Assembly (NCBI GenBank): GCA_035707305.1
Contig: DASSUE010000187.1
Span: 1-44,675, forward strand
DNA from: Gemmatimonadales bacterium
GTDB taxonomy: Bacteria > Gemmatimonadota > Gemmatimonadetes > Gemmatimonadales > GWC2-71-9
Length of the DNA: 44,675 bases
Direction: 5' to 3'
In this document: in pieces, positions 15,339-23,533 of the stretch
Position numbering within the stretch: the first letter of the stretch is position 1
Layout of the letters: every line of letters starts with the position of its first letter
Translations under genes and position numbers: made by a program
The notes under the pieces: model-generated
Told to the model about the DNA's origin: nothing
Databases searched by the model: none
What the model saw: only the letters and a program-made list of their open reading frames with translations

Positions 15339-16051
15339 GCCCGGTGACAATGACACACGGTGCGCGAGCCGTGATGATCCCGGCCGATGGAGTACAACTG
15401 GCCGGCGAGCTGGCCTGGCCGCAGCATCCGGGCGGGATGGTGCTGTTCGCACACGGAAGCGGCAGCGGCCGACTCAGCCCGCGCAACCGCTTCGTGGCGG
15501 AGCGATTGCGGGATGCCGGCCTGGCGACGCTCCTGTTCGATCTGCTTACGGAGGGGGAAGCGGGCGACCGGCACAACGTCTTCGATATCCCACTGCTGGC
15601 GCGACGGCTGGTCGCGGCAACCACGTGGGCGGCGCAGCAGGCCGATCTCGCCGGGCTTCCCGTGGGGTATTTCGGCGCCAGCACCGGTGCCGCTGCGGCG
15701 CTCACGGCAGCGGCGTTGTCCCCTCTGGCAGCCGCCGCTATCGTCTCACGCGGCGGCCGGCCCGACCTCGCCGGCAATGCGTTGGACCGGGTAACCGCTC
15801 CGACGCTGTTGCTGGTGGGAGGCCGTGACCCGGTTGTGCTCGACCTCAACCGTGCAGCGCTCGCGCGGCTGCGGGGGCCGAGGGAACTGGTGATCGTACC
15901 CGGTGCCGGACATCTCTTCGAGGAGCGCGGTGCCATGGAAGCAGTCGCGGATGCGGCGGCCGGATGGTTCGTGCGCTACCTGGAACTGGAGCGGGTCTGG
16001 CGGGGCGCCCATTTGCGAAATGATCCGTCGGTGGCTGCCGGGCCGTGGTGA
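15335..16051 (+). CDS. Dienelactone-hydrolase-like alpha/beta hydrolase
   Basis: ATGA overlap with the PRTase stop, with GGGAGG upstream. Contains VLFAHGSGSGRLSPRNRFVAERL, GYFGASTGAAAAL (nucleophile elbow G-x-S-x-G) and VIVPGAGHLFEE. Confidence 0.75.
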   Translation: MSPVTMTHGARAVMIPADGVQLAGELAWPQHPGGMVLFAHGSGSGRLSPRNRFVAERLRDAGLATLLFDLLTEGEAGDRHNVFDIPLLARRLVAATTWAAQQADLAGLPVGYFGASTGAAAALTAAALSPLAAAAIVSRGGRPDLAGNALDRVTAPTLLLVGGRDPVVLDLNRAALARLRGPRELVIVPGAGHLFEERGAMEAVADAAAGWFVRYLELERVWRGAHLRNDPSVAAGPW

Positions 16052-16055
16052 CAGC

Positions 16056-16096
16056 AAATGGCCTGCTCGCCGAGAAACTCGGCGAGCAGGCCATTT
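16056..16096 (+). terminator. Perfect 19-bp stem hairpin after the PRTase-hydrolase operon
   Basis: AAATGGCCTGCTCGCCGAG-aaa-CTCGGCGAGCAGGCCATTT starts 5 nt after the stop codon. Only a short TTT tail follows. A second hairpin GCCGAAGGA-ga-TCCTTCGGC lies at 16150-16169. Confidence 0.6.
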
Positions 16097-16187
16097 GGCC
16101 GGCTACCGGCAGCCAGGGAATCACTTCCCTGTTCTTTTCCGTCGGCGACGCCGAAGGAGATCCTTCGGCGGATGCGCCTTCAGAGTC

Positions 16188-16297
16188 CCGGATTCGATTG
16201 CCAGTCGGTGTCACACGCACCGCTTGGTTCGCCGGTCAGCGCTGCGGGACGGACGCGTCGCGAGCCATCATCCCGCACTGCACGCCGCCGCGCCACC
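16188..16297 (+). repeat. Copy 1 of a ~110-nt intergenic repeat (partner at 26444-26553)
   Basis: Hand alignment gives roughly 80 percent identity overall and higher in the 3' 60 nt. Shared blocks are CCGGATT, CGGTGT, CGCACC, AGCGCTGCGGG, GCGTCGCGAGCCATC, GCACGCC and CCGCGCCACC. The indels are not multiples of 3. Confidence 0.6.
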
Positions 16298-16376
16298 GCG
16301 GCGTGTGGTGAGCCATGCGACCGTTCTCACCTGACTCCAAGATACTGAATCGTCGTGAAATGACCTTGAATCGAGG

Positions 16377-18035
16377 ATGAAGATCGATTCTCGATCGTAC
16401 AGCAGCGTTATCAGCCTGCTGGTGTCGTTGGCTGCGCTCGGCATGCCGGCAAGTGCCACGGCCCAGAGCGGTGACGCCGTGGTGATCCGGGGCCTGATCG
16501 CCGCCGCGCGGGTCCCGGGCGCCCGGTGGCCCGACTTTCCACGCTACCTGGATGACGTCGCCCGGCTGTACGCATCACACAACGGTGTTCCGGTCTGGTT
16601 TCGTGAAGGCCGACTCTCATCCGCGGGGCAGGCAGCTATCGGCAGTCTCCTCGGCGCCGCCAGTCACGGGCTCGCGCCGGAGGACTACGACGCTGCGCCG
16701 CTCGACAGCCTCGCGCAGGGCAGCGGTCCCAGCCTGCCTCCTGCCGAGGTAGGCCGGCTGGACCTGATGCTCAGCGTCGATCTCATCCGTTACCTCGATG
16801 ACCTGCGCCGCGGCCGGAGCAAGGGAGTGGTCCGGAGCGGCACCGTGGCCCGAATGGACCCGCCCGACTGGGCCGACGCCATCGACCAGGGGTTGCGCGG
16901 AGACAGCATCGGCAAGCTGGCCGATCAGGCGGCTCCGGCCCTCACCCAGTATCGCAACCTGCGGGCATTGCTCGCGCGGTATCGTCGGTTGGCCAGAGAC
17001 ACGGTAGCGTTCGCGGCGTTGCCGGCGGTGCCACCAGCCATGCCGGGGCAGCCGTACGCCGCGCTCACGGAGCTGAAGCGGCGCCTCGTACTGGTGGGCG
17101 ATCTGGCCGGCGCGGGCAGCGGCGACACGCTGTACACCGGCGAAGCGGTTGAAGCCGTTCGCCAGTTTCAGCGACGGCACGGCCTCGAGCCGGACGGCGT
17201 CATCGGTCCCGCCACGTCGGCCGCGTTGAACGTGCCGCCGGCCCGTCGGGTACGGCAGATCGAGCTCGCGCTCGAGCGGATCCGGTGGCTCCCGCCGCTG
17301 GGACGGGAGCCATTTCTCGTGGTCAACATTCCCGCGTTCTATCTCTTCGGCTTCGACTCCGCCGGAGGCACCGGCGCTCCGTCGTTCACCAGCCGCGTGG
17401 TCGTCGGGCGGGCTCTCGACACCGAGACACCGGTGCTCTACGAGTCGCTTCGGTACGTAGAGTTCCGACCGTATTGGAACGTTCCCCGGAGCATCGTCCT
17501 CAACGAGATTCTCCCACGGCTGCGCCGCGACCCGGAATACCTTGGCAGGTATCATATGGAAGTCGTTGGCCCAGCCGACAGGCTGGTGGACGATACAGCC
17601 AGCTCCGACCTGCTTCGCCGGCTCACCGGAGGAGAGATCCGAATCCGCCAGCGACCGGGCCTATCCAACGCGCTGGGCCTGGTCAAGTTCGTTTTTCCCA
17701 ATGCGGCCAGTGTCTACCTGCACGATACGCCCGACACCGAGCTGTTCAGCCGCTCCCGCCGCGACTTCAGCCATGGCTGCATCCGGGTCGAGGAGGCCGA
17801 AGCGCTCGCCGTCTGGGTGCTGCGGGGCCAGCCCGCGTGGGACAGCGCACAGGTGCACGCCGCGGTCAAAGGACCCGGAACGAGGCGAGCGTTTCTCACG
17901 CGGCCAATGCCGGTGGCCATCCTCTACACGACCGCCGTCGCTACGCCGTCGGGAGAGGCGTGGTTCTTCGAGGACATCTACGACCACGATCGAGCGCTGG
18001 AAGAAGTTCTGCGGGCTGGCCCATCACCACCGTGA
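16377..18035 (+). CDS. L,D-transpeptidase (YkuD domain) with PG-binding domain, YcbB/LdtD-like
   Basis: 552 aa with a signal peptide. PG_binding_1-like EAVRQFQRRHGLEPDGVIGPATSAAL. Catalytic YLHDTPDTELFSRSRRDFSHGCIRVEE (SHGC). Confidence 0.85.
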   Translation: MKIDSRSYSSVISLLVSLAALGMPASATAQSGDAVVIRGLIAAARVPGARWPDFPRYLDDVARLYASHNGVPVWFREGRLSSAGQAAIGSLLGAASHGLAPEDYDAAPLDSLAQGSGPSLPPAEVGRLDLMLSVDLIRYLDDLRRGRSKGVVRSGTVARMDPPDWADAIDQGLRGDSIGKLADQAAPALTQYRNLRALLARYRRLARDTVAFAALPAVPPAMPGQPYAALTELKRRLVLVGDLAGAGSGDTLYTGEAVEAVRQFQRRHGLEPDGVIGPATSAALNVPPARRVRQIELALERIRWLPPLGREPFLVVNIPAFYLFGFDSAGGTGAPSFTSRVVVGRALDTETPVLYESLRYVEFRPYWNVPRSIVLNEILPRLRRDPEYLGRYHMEVVGPADRLVDDTASSDLLRRLTGGEIRIRQRPGLSNALGLVKFVFPNAASVYLHDTPDTELFSRSRRDFSHGCIRVEEAEALAVWVLRGQPAWDSAQVHAAVKGPGTRRAFLTRPMPVAILYTTAVATPSGEAWFFEDIYDHDRALEEVLRAGPSPP

Positions 18036-18718
18036 GCCCAGCGCCCGGCAACACCGATCGTTCCTGGCGGCCCCGCCGCCCCGCCGTGCTCACCCTGATC
18101 CTCATCGTCGGGACCATCACGCTGTTGGCCCCGCCGGTGCACGACCAGTTGCTCGGCTGGCTCAGCCGGGCCGAGCCGCTGATCCGCGGGCATCCACGGC
18201 TGGGAATGGCGGTCTTCGTGCTGCTCGCGGCCGTGTCAGCGCTGCTGGCGTTTTTCTCCAGCGCGCTGCTCGTCCCGGTGGCAGTCTACGTGTGGGGTCC
18301 GACCGTCTGCGTGCTGCTGTTGTGGAGCGGGTGGCTCATCGGGGGAATCATCGCGTATGCCGTCGGGCGCTACCTCGGACGGCCGGTGGTGCAGGGGCTC
18401 TTGCGCGCCGGCACGCTCGCCCGGTATGAGCGCTGGGTGCAGGCTGGAGCCGGGTTCGTACCTGTGGTGTTACTGCAGCTCGCGATTCCTTCCGATGTGG
18501 CGGGTTACCTGTTCGGTCTGGTTCGCTGCCGGTTTCGTGTCTTCGTCCCCGCACTGGCCGTAGCCGAGATCCCGTACGCGATCGGTGCGGTGTACCTCGG
18601 CGCGAGCTTTCTTCAAGGGGACCTGGTGTCCTTGATCGGCCTCGGCCTCGTCGGCGTGGCCCTGGGCATGGCGGCGACGCGGACGCTACGGGGCGGCAAC
18701 GCCGGTCTCGTCAGCTAG
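18032..18718 (+). CDS. DedA/TVP38-TMEM64 (SNARE-associated) family membrane protein
   Basis: The start at GTG 18032 is in frame with track ORF 17285-18718 and makes a GTGA overlap with the ldt stop. The protein is polytopic, with GWLIGGIIAYAVGRYLGRPVV typical of the family. The track ORF upstream of 18032 overlaps ldt. Confidence 0.6.
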   Translation: MSPAPGNTDRSWRPRRPAVLTLILIVGTITLLAPPVHDQLLGWLSRAEPLIRGHPRLGMAVFVLLAAVSALLAFFSSALLVPVAVYVWGPTVCVLLLWSGWLIGGIIAYAVGRYLGRPVVQGLLRAGTLARYERWVQAGAGFVPVVLLQLAIPSDVAGYLFGLVRCRFRVFVPALAVAEIPYAIGAVYLGASFLQGDLVSLIGLGLVGVALGMAATRTLRGGNAGLVS

Positions 18719-18819
18719 TCCGTGGGCCTGGCCGGCACCTTCTCGCGGCTGATCCCCACACATAGGCGGTGATTTGATCCACCTGTACCGGATCCAGCCC
18801 ACTCGGCACCCGTGCCTGT

Positions 18820-18855
18820 GGCGGCAGCGACGCTATCCCGCTGCCGCCGTTTCTT
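18820..18855 (+). terminator. Rho-independent-like terminator between convergent DedA and BON genes
   Basis: GGCGGCAGCG-acgctatcc-CGCTGCCGCC forms a perfect 10-bp stem followed by GTTTCTT. Confidence 0.55.
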
Positions 18856-18865
18856 GCACCCGTAC

Positions 18866-19537
18866 TTACATCGCAACTGGGGCCGGCACCTCGATCGTCA
18901 GGTTGTTCTCGACGATCGTCACCCCGGGGGTCTGCCAGGCCGCACGTTCGGCGTCGCGCTTTTCGGCGAACGACCGAACCTTGCCGCGGAGCTTCGCGGT
19001 GTGACCGACAATGTCGACCGCTACGTCCTCGGCATCGAACTCGGCCTGGCGCTTGAGCATGTCGCGGATGCGCTGCTTGACGTCGGCCGGAGTCGGTGTC
19101 CTGCGAACGGCGATGGCGTTGGTCACGCCGCGCACGCCGGTCAACCCCCGCACCACCCGTTCCGCTGCACTACGTTGGTATTGCCATTCGACTTCGCCCT
19201 GGAGCGTGAGCCAGCCATTGACGATCTTCAGCTTGAGCTGCTCTTCCGGGACTTCGCTGTCCCACTTGAGCGCGTTCAGCGCGGAGTGGGCGATGTCAGG
19301 GTCGGACCTTTCCTTCGCGCTCGGCACCAGCACCTTGAGATCGTTCACGATGGCGCGAATGCCCTTGACCCGCTCGGCGGCCCGCCCGGCAGCGTACCAC
19401 TGCGCATAGCTGTCGACCGTTCCTGCCAGGGTGACGGTCCCTTCCTTGACCGCTACCGCGATGTCCTCGTTCCGAATGCTGGCGTCCCAATTGAGCTCGG
19501 CGACGACGTCGCGCTGCAGTTCGGAATCCAGCCTCAT
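18866..19537 (-). CDS. BON-domain (OsmY-like) protein, tandem BON repeats
   Basis: The ATG at 19537 is preceded by GGAGAG. MRLDSELQRDVVAELNWDASIRNEDIAVAVKEGTVTLAGTVDSYAQ... has the BON pattern, which repeats further along the protein. Confidence 0.75.
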   Translation of the reverse strand: MRLDSELQRDVVAELNWDASIRNEDIAVAVKEGTVTLAGTVDSYAQWYAAGRAAERVKGIRAIVNDLKVLVPSAKERSDPDIAHSALNALKWDSEVPEEQLKLKIVNGWLTLQGEVEWQYQRSAAERVVRGLTGVRGVTNAIAVRRTPTPADVKQRIRDMLKRQAEFDAEDVAVDIVGHTAKLRGKVRSFAEKRDAERAAWQTPGVTIVENNLTIEVPAPVAM

Positions 19538-19577
19538 AGGTCTCTCCAGTGATTGTGGCGTGCCCATATTACAGCAT

Positions 19578-19621
19578 ACGCTATGAGACCGGCCTGAAAC
19601 CGGCATGAACATTCCGGGAAC
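19578..19621 (-). promoter_or_regulatory. Candidate response-regulator box plus -10 for the BON gene (degenerate repeats)
   Basis: The minus strand reads GTTCCC-ggaat-GTTCAT-gccgg-TTTCAG-n10-TAGCGT. The period is exactly 11 bp. Confidence 0.4.
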
Positions 19622-19688
19622 GCGCCGCGGCACAGTTTGCCAAGCTCAACGCTAGAGATGTCATAGCGCGTTCCGGCGGCGGGGGCGG

Positions 19689-21173
19689 TCAGACCGGCAG
19701 CATGGCAAGCAGCAGCCGGCCCCACTGCCGCAGCTGCCGGAACACCAGGAACTCCTCGAACGCGCGCCGTTGCGCCGTGCGGCCCCACGCCCGGAGACGC
19801 TGTGCATCCGCGAGCATCGTCGCCAGCGCTCGTTCGAGCTCGCCCTCGTCTTCCGGATCACGGACCAGCATGCCGTCCATGCCGTCGCGTATCTGCTGTC
19901 GCGGCCCACACGCGCGCGAATTGCTGAGCACTGGCAGCCCCTTCCACATGGCTTCGGTGATCGTGAGCCCGAACCCCTCGCGAAGCGAGTTCTGCACGAC
20001 GATCGTCGAGGCACGCTGGAGCGCGTTGACCAGCAGTGCGCTCTCCTCCGGGTGGTGCAGCGGGGTCGTGACGATGGCGATCTGGCTCTGAATCGAAGTG
20101 GGCAGGGCGAGGTAGGCCGCACGGAGTTCCTCGAGGACGCCGGCCGCTTCCGGGTCGTCCTGCACGGAACCTGGGTCCGGGCCCGCGAGCAGCAGACCGG
20201 CCAGCGCGAGGCTGCGGGCCGGCGTCCCCGGCTCAGCGGCCGTACTGGCGTGTGCGGCCTTCAGCCGCGCGAACGCTCGCAGCAAAGGCAGGAACCCTTT
20301 CAGCCGGTCCCAGCGGGACACCTGCGTCACCAGCGGCCGGCTGAGCAGGGCGAAACCATCGGGACCTTCCCGGTGCCGGAAGGTCCCGTCGGCGTGGAGC
20401 CACCGGCTGCGCTGGGCGAAGTAGCCGCCAACCATAGGCCCGGGGGAGAGGATCATGCCGCTGCTGGAGAGGACTTCGATGGTGTCTCGGATCGAGAGGT
20501 CGCGGTTCTTCGAGGCGAGGGGATCGATCCCCGGCAGGATAACGGTCGCGCGACCGGCCAGGCGGGGCGGGATGTACTCCGGAGCGGAGAAGACAGCTCG
20601 GTCGTACGCCGTGAGGTAGGGATCCAGGAAGCTCCACGCGGCCCTGGTGGCGGCGTTCTCCGTATCCACGCCGATGTGGCATCGCCAGACGGCTGCCAGC
20701 GACAGGCGGTCGCGGAGCATGAAGGCCAGCGGAAGCGGCTGCGGTTCATGAACGACCAGGATATCGTCGGTTCGAACCCACGAGGCGAGGGTCTGCGCAT
20801 TCTCCTGGTTCACCCGCTCGAAGAGGCGCCGCTCGGCGTCTCCCAGCTCCGGATCGCCTTCGCCGTGCACCAGGTTGTGCACGTGCTTCGTGAGCTCGAA
20901 GAATCCGGACTCCCGGCTTCCGATTGTCACCCACTCGGTGCGAATGCCGAGGTTGCGGAGAAACCGCACGATGGTCGGCAGCATCTCCGCCACGCCGCCG
21001 CCCACGGCAGTGGAGTTCACCAGCCAGACGGTGCGGCTTCCCAGTCGCGCCAGGAGCTCCCGGCCCTCGGCCCGCAGCTCGGCCACCGCGGGGGCGAGGT
21101 GTGCATAGCCGGCGTACTCCTCCATGGCAGGCGCCCCGGCCACCGGAACCCGCTGGAGCAGATTGGCACTCAT
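19689..21173 (-). CDS. GT4-family glycosyltransferase, TreT (trehalose glycosyl-transferring synthase)-like
   Basis: About 494 aa from the ATG at 21173 (the track starts at TTG 21179). VWLVNSTAVGGGVAEMLP near the N-terminus and the C-terminal SLREGFGLTITEAMWKGLPV (GT1/GT4 E-x7-E region) recall TreT-type enzymes. The specific TreT call is from memory. Confidence 0.6.
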   Translation of the reverse strand: MSANLLQRVPVAGAPAMEEYAGYAHLAPAVAELRAEGRELLARLGSRTVWLVNSTAVGGGVAEMLPTIVRFLRNLGIRTEWVTIGSRESGFFELTKHVHNLVHGEGDPELGDAERRLFERVNQENAQTLASWVRTDDILVVHEPQPLPLAFMLRDRLSLAAVWRCHIGVDTENAATRAAWSFLDPYLTAYDRAVFSAPEYIPPRLAGRATVILPGIDPLASKNRDLSIRDTIEVLSSSGMILSPGPMVGGYFAQRSRWLHADGTFRHREGPDGFALLSRPLVTQVSRWDRLKGFLPLLRAFARLKAAHASTAAEPGTPARSLALAGLLLAGPDPGSVQDDPEAAGVLEELRAAYLALPTSIQSQIAIVTTPLHHPEESALLVNALQRASTIVVQNSLREGFGLTITEAMWKGLPVLSNSRACGPRQQIRDGMDGMLVRDPEDEGELERALATMLADAQRLRAWGRTAQRRAFEEFLVFRQLRQWGRLLLAMLPV

Positions 21174-21435
21174 CTGCAAACCATGGCTTGCATGCCGCGT
21201 TTCATCTCCGCTTCACGGGGGCGACATACGGACATGTCCGAGGCGAACGCTCGTCACTCTATTACGATCCGAATCTTGCTCATCGGTGCCCCGTTGAGAA
21301 TACGAGCGGTAAGGACGCCGTCGAGAAGCCGTCGGCGGCGAGATCGCGGCGAGGCCGCGCGAAGGCGGCTGTGAGCTGGCGAACGCCCTGTCACCGAACG
21401 ACCAGCGATTCCGTTGGCTGAGGTCTGCAAGGCAG

Positions 21436-21480
21436 TTTCCTCCCTGCTTCACCTGTTCTTCATGATCCCTGCTCCAATCT
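21436..21480 (+). promoter_or_regulatory. Candidate response-regulator box plus -10 for the P3 / phosphorylase / Prs operon
   Basis: TTTCCT (21436), CTTCAC (21447) and CTTCAT (21458), followed by an 11-nt spacer and CAATCT (21475-21480). The ATG is at 21510. Confidence 0.5.
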
Positions 21481-21509
21481 GGACGAGACCCCGATACAGG
21501 AGGACTCCG

Positions 21510-22001
21510 ATGTCGATGACGCTGACCGTCCGGTCCGAGTCGCGGCGGAGCGCCACTGTTGGCGACGTCCTCACTCCGCTGCACGAGCGTTGGCTCGCTG
21601 CCGTTGAGGCGGCAGTGCAACCCGCGCTGCTTGGTACCAGCACGATCTGGGACCGCTGGGCCGCCACGCGGTATCTCGAGGAGCGGTTCGCCACCAGACT
21701 GGAGCTGGAACTCTCCCTGGTGCGTCTGACTGACGTCAGCACTCGGGACCGCGAGCGGATCGAGGCCGATTACACCCGGATCGAGCAGCTCCGCGGCGCG
21801 ATCGAAGCAGTGGCCAGCCGGCATCACACGGGTGGGCTGATCATGTCCCTGCTGCAGGAGTTGCTGAGCTCGCTCACGGGCTGGGTGATCGATGTGGAGC
21901 AGGCGACCGCCCGGATTCCGCTTGCAGCGCTGCCCGGCGAGGCGGTCCGGCTGCTCACAGAACTTGAAGCCGACCCGTTGGAAACGACGGGGCAGCAGTG
22001 A
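21510..22001 (+). CDS. Uncharacterised P-family protein, copy 3
   Basis: The ATG at 21510 is preceded by AGGAGG. LTPLHERW..LLGTSTIWDRWAATRYL..SRHHTGGL..GWVIDVEQ..IPLAALP. Its stop overlaps the GTG of the next gene (GTGA at 21998-22001). Confidence 0.7.
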   Translation: MSMTLTVRSESRRSATVGDVLTPLHERWLAAVEAAVQPALLGTSTIWDRWAATRYLEERFATRLELELSLVRLTDVSTRDRERIEADYTRIEQLRGAIEAVASRHHTGGLIMSLLQELLSSLTGWVIDVEQATARIPLAALPGEAVRLLTELEADPLETTGQQ

Positions 22002-23533
22002 CCACCAGCATCACCGTGCCTCAGGCGGCGCCGCGCGGTGCGGCGGCGCGCGCGCGACGTATCGGCGTCGACACCGGCCAGGAGGCGGTTGCCTACTTCC
22101 GAGCCGACTCCGCGGTCGTGCGGTCGGAGGGGTTCGATTGCGCCACCAGGGTCTGGGTGCGCTGCACCGGACGCGAAACGCTCGCGACGGTTCACGTGGT
22201 CTCCGGCCTCCTGAATCCGAATGAGGTCGGGCTGTCGGAGTCGGCCTGGCGCCGATTGGACCCGACTCCCGGTGCGCGGCTTGAGTTTGCGCATGCGGAG
22301 CCACTCGAGTCGGTGCGGCACGTGCGGTCCAAGGCGTTCGGCGCCCGGCTCGATGCGGGGGCGCTGCGATCGATCGTGCACGACATCGCCGAAGGCCTTT
22401 ACTCGGACATCCACCTGGCGTCGTTCGTCACCGCGTGCGCCGGCCGCAGGCTCGACCGCAACGAAGTTACCGATCTCACGGTGGCGATGCTCGAAGAAGG
22501 CAATCGGCTGCGGTGGGACCGGGAGGTGGTCGCCGACAAGCACTGCGTCGGCGGACTCCCGGGGAACCGCACGTCGTTGATCGTGGTGCCGATCGCCGCG
22601 GCGGCGGGCCTGCTCGTGCCGAAGACGTCATCGCGTGCGATTACCTCGCCCGCCGGGACCGCTGATACGATGGAGATGCTGGCGCCGGTCGACCTGGACG
22701 TGGGCGCGATGCGTCGCGTGGTGGAGCGGGAAGGCGCCTGCATCGTCTGGGGCGGATACGGCCGGCTGAGTCCAGCGGACGACGTGCTGATCCGGGTCGA
22801 GCGTCCGCTTGAGCTGGACAGCCAGGGGCAGTTGGTCGCCTCGGTGCTCTCCAAGAAGGCGGCGGCCGGCGCGACCCGCGTGCTGATCGATGTGCCGGTG
22901 GGCCCCACGGCGAAGGTCCGGTCCCCCGCCGAGGCGGAGCGGCTGTGCGCGGAACTCCGCGCGGTCGGGCGGGCTGTCGAGCTCGAAGTTCTGCCGGTGG
23001 TGACGGATGGGATGCAACCCGTTGGGAAGGGGATCGGGCCGGCGCTCGAAGCGCGGGATGTTTTGGCCGTGCTCGAGGGCAGTGCTGGGGCTCCGGCGGA
23101 CCTGCGCGAGCGGTCACTCCAGCTCGCGGGGCGCCTGCTGGAGCTGGGCGGCGCGGCGGCTGCGCCCACCGGACGCGCCACCGCCGGAGCCATTCTGGAC
23201 GACGGCCGAGCCTGGCGGAAGTTCCAGGCTATCTGCGACGCGCAGGGCGGCCTGCGGGAGCCACCCCGGCCGCGGCACATTCGCGCGGTCCCAGCCCGTT
23301 GCTCGGGACGGGTTTCCGCGATCGACAATCGCAGGCTCGCGCGTCTGGCTCGCTTGGCGGGAGCGCCGCATGATCCCGGTGCCGGGCTGGAGTTGCACGT
23401 GCGCATCGGTGACACCGTCGTCCCCGGTCAACCGCTGCTCACCCTGCACGCCGCCGCCCAAGGCGAGCTGGATTACGCCGTGGCTTACGCGGGCAGTGCG
23501 CGTGACATCATCGCCTTGGAGCGCAACCGATGA
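21998..23533 (+). CDS. Thymidine-phosphorylase-family protein, long form (AMP-phosphorylase-like with N-terminal extension)
   Basis: 511 aa. Family core HLASFVTACAGRRL...ADKHCVGGLPGNRTSLIVVPIAAAAGLLVPKTSSRAITSPAGTADTME plus a ~90-aa N-terminal domain, as in the archaeal AMP phosphorylase / 'putative thymidine phosphorylase' group. Confidence 0.8.
   Translation: MTTSITVPQAAPRGAAARARRIGVDTGQEAVAYFRADSAVVRSEGFDCATRVWVRCTGRETLATVHVVSGLLNPNEVGLSESAWRRLDPTPGARLEFAHAEPLESVRHVRSKAFGARLDAGALRSIVHDIAEGLYSDIHLASFVTACAGRRLDRNEVTDLTVAMLEEGNRLRWDREVVADKHCVGGLPGNRTSLIVVPIAAAAGLLVPKTSSRAITSPAGTADTMEMLAPVDLDVGAMRRVVEREGACIVWGGYGRLSPADDVLIRVERPLELDSQGQLVASVLSKKAAAGATRVLIDVPVGPTAKVRSPAEAERLCAELRAVGRAVELEVLPVVTDGMQPVGKGIGPALEARDVLAVLEGSAGAPADLRERSLQLAGRLLELGGAAAAPTGRATAGAILDDGRAWRKFQAICDAQGGLREPPRPRHIRAVPARCSGRVSAIDNRRLARLARLAGAPHDPGAGLELHVRIGDTVVPGQPLLTLHAAAQGELDYAVAYAGSARDIIALERNR

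Noticed and set aside
20768-20780. GGTTCGAACCC resembling a tRNA T-loop
   Set aside because: It lies inside the GT4 coding region, and the flanking sequence cannot form T-stem, acceptor or anticodon arms.
19770-21374. 534-aa plus-strand ORF
   Set aside because: Antisense to the GT4 glycosyltransferase, with low-complexity Arg/Gly-rich translation. Shadow ORF.
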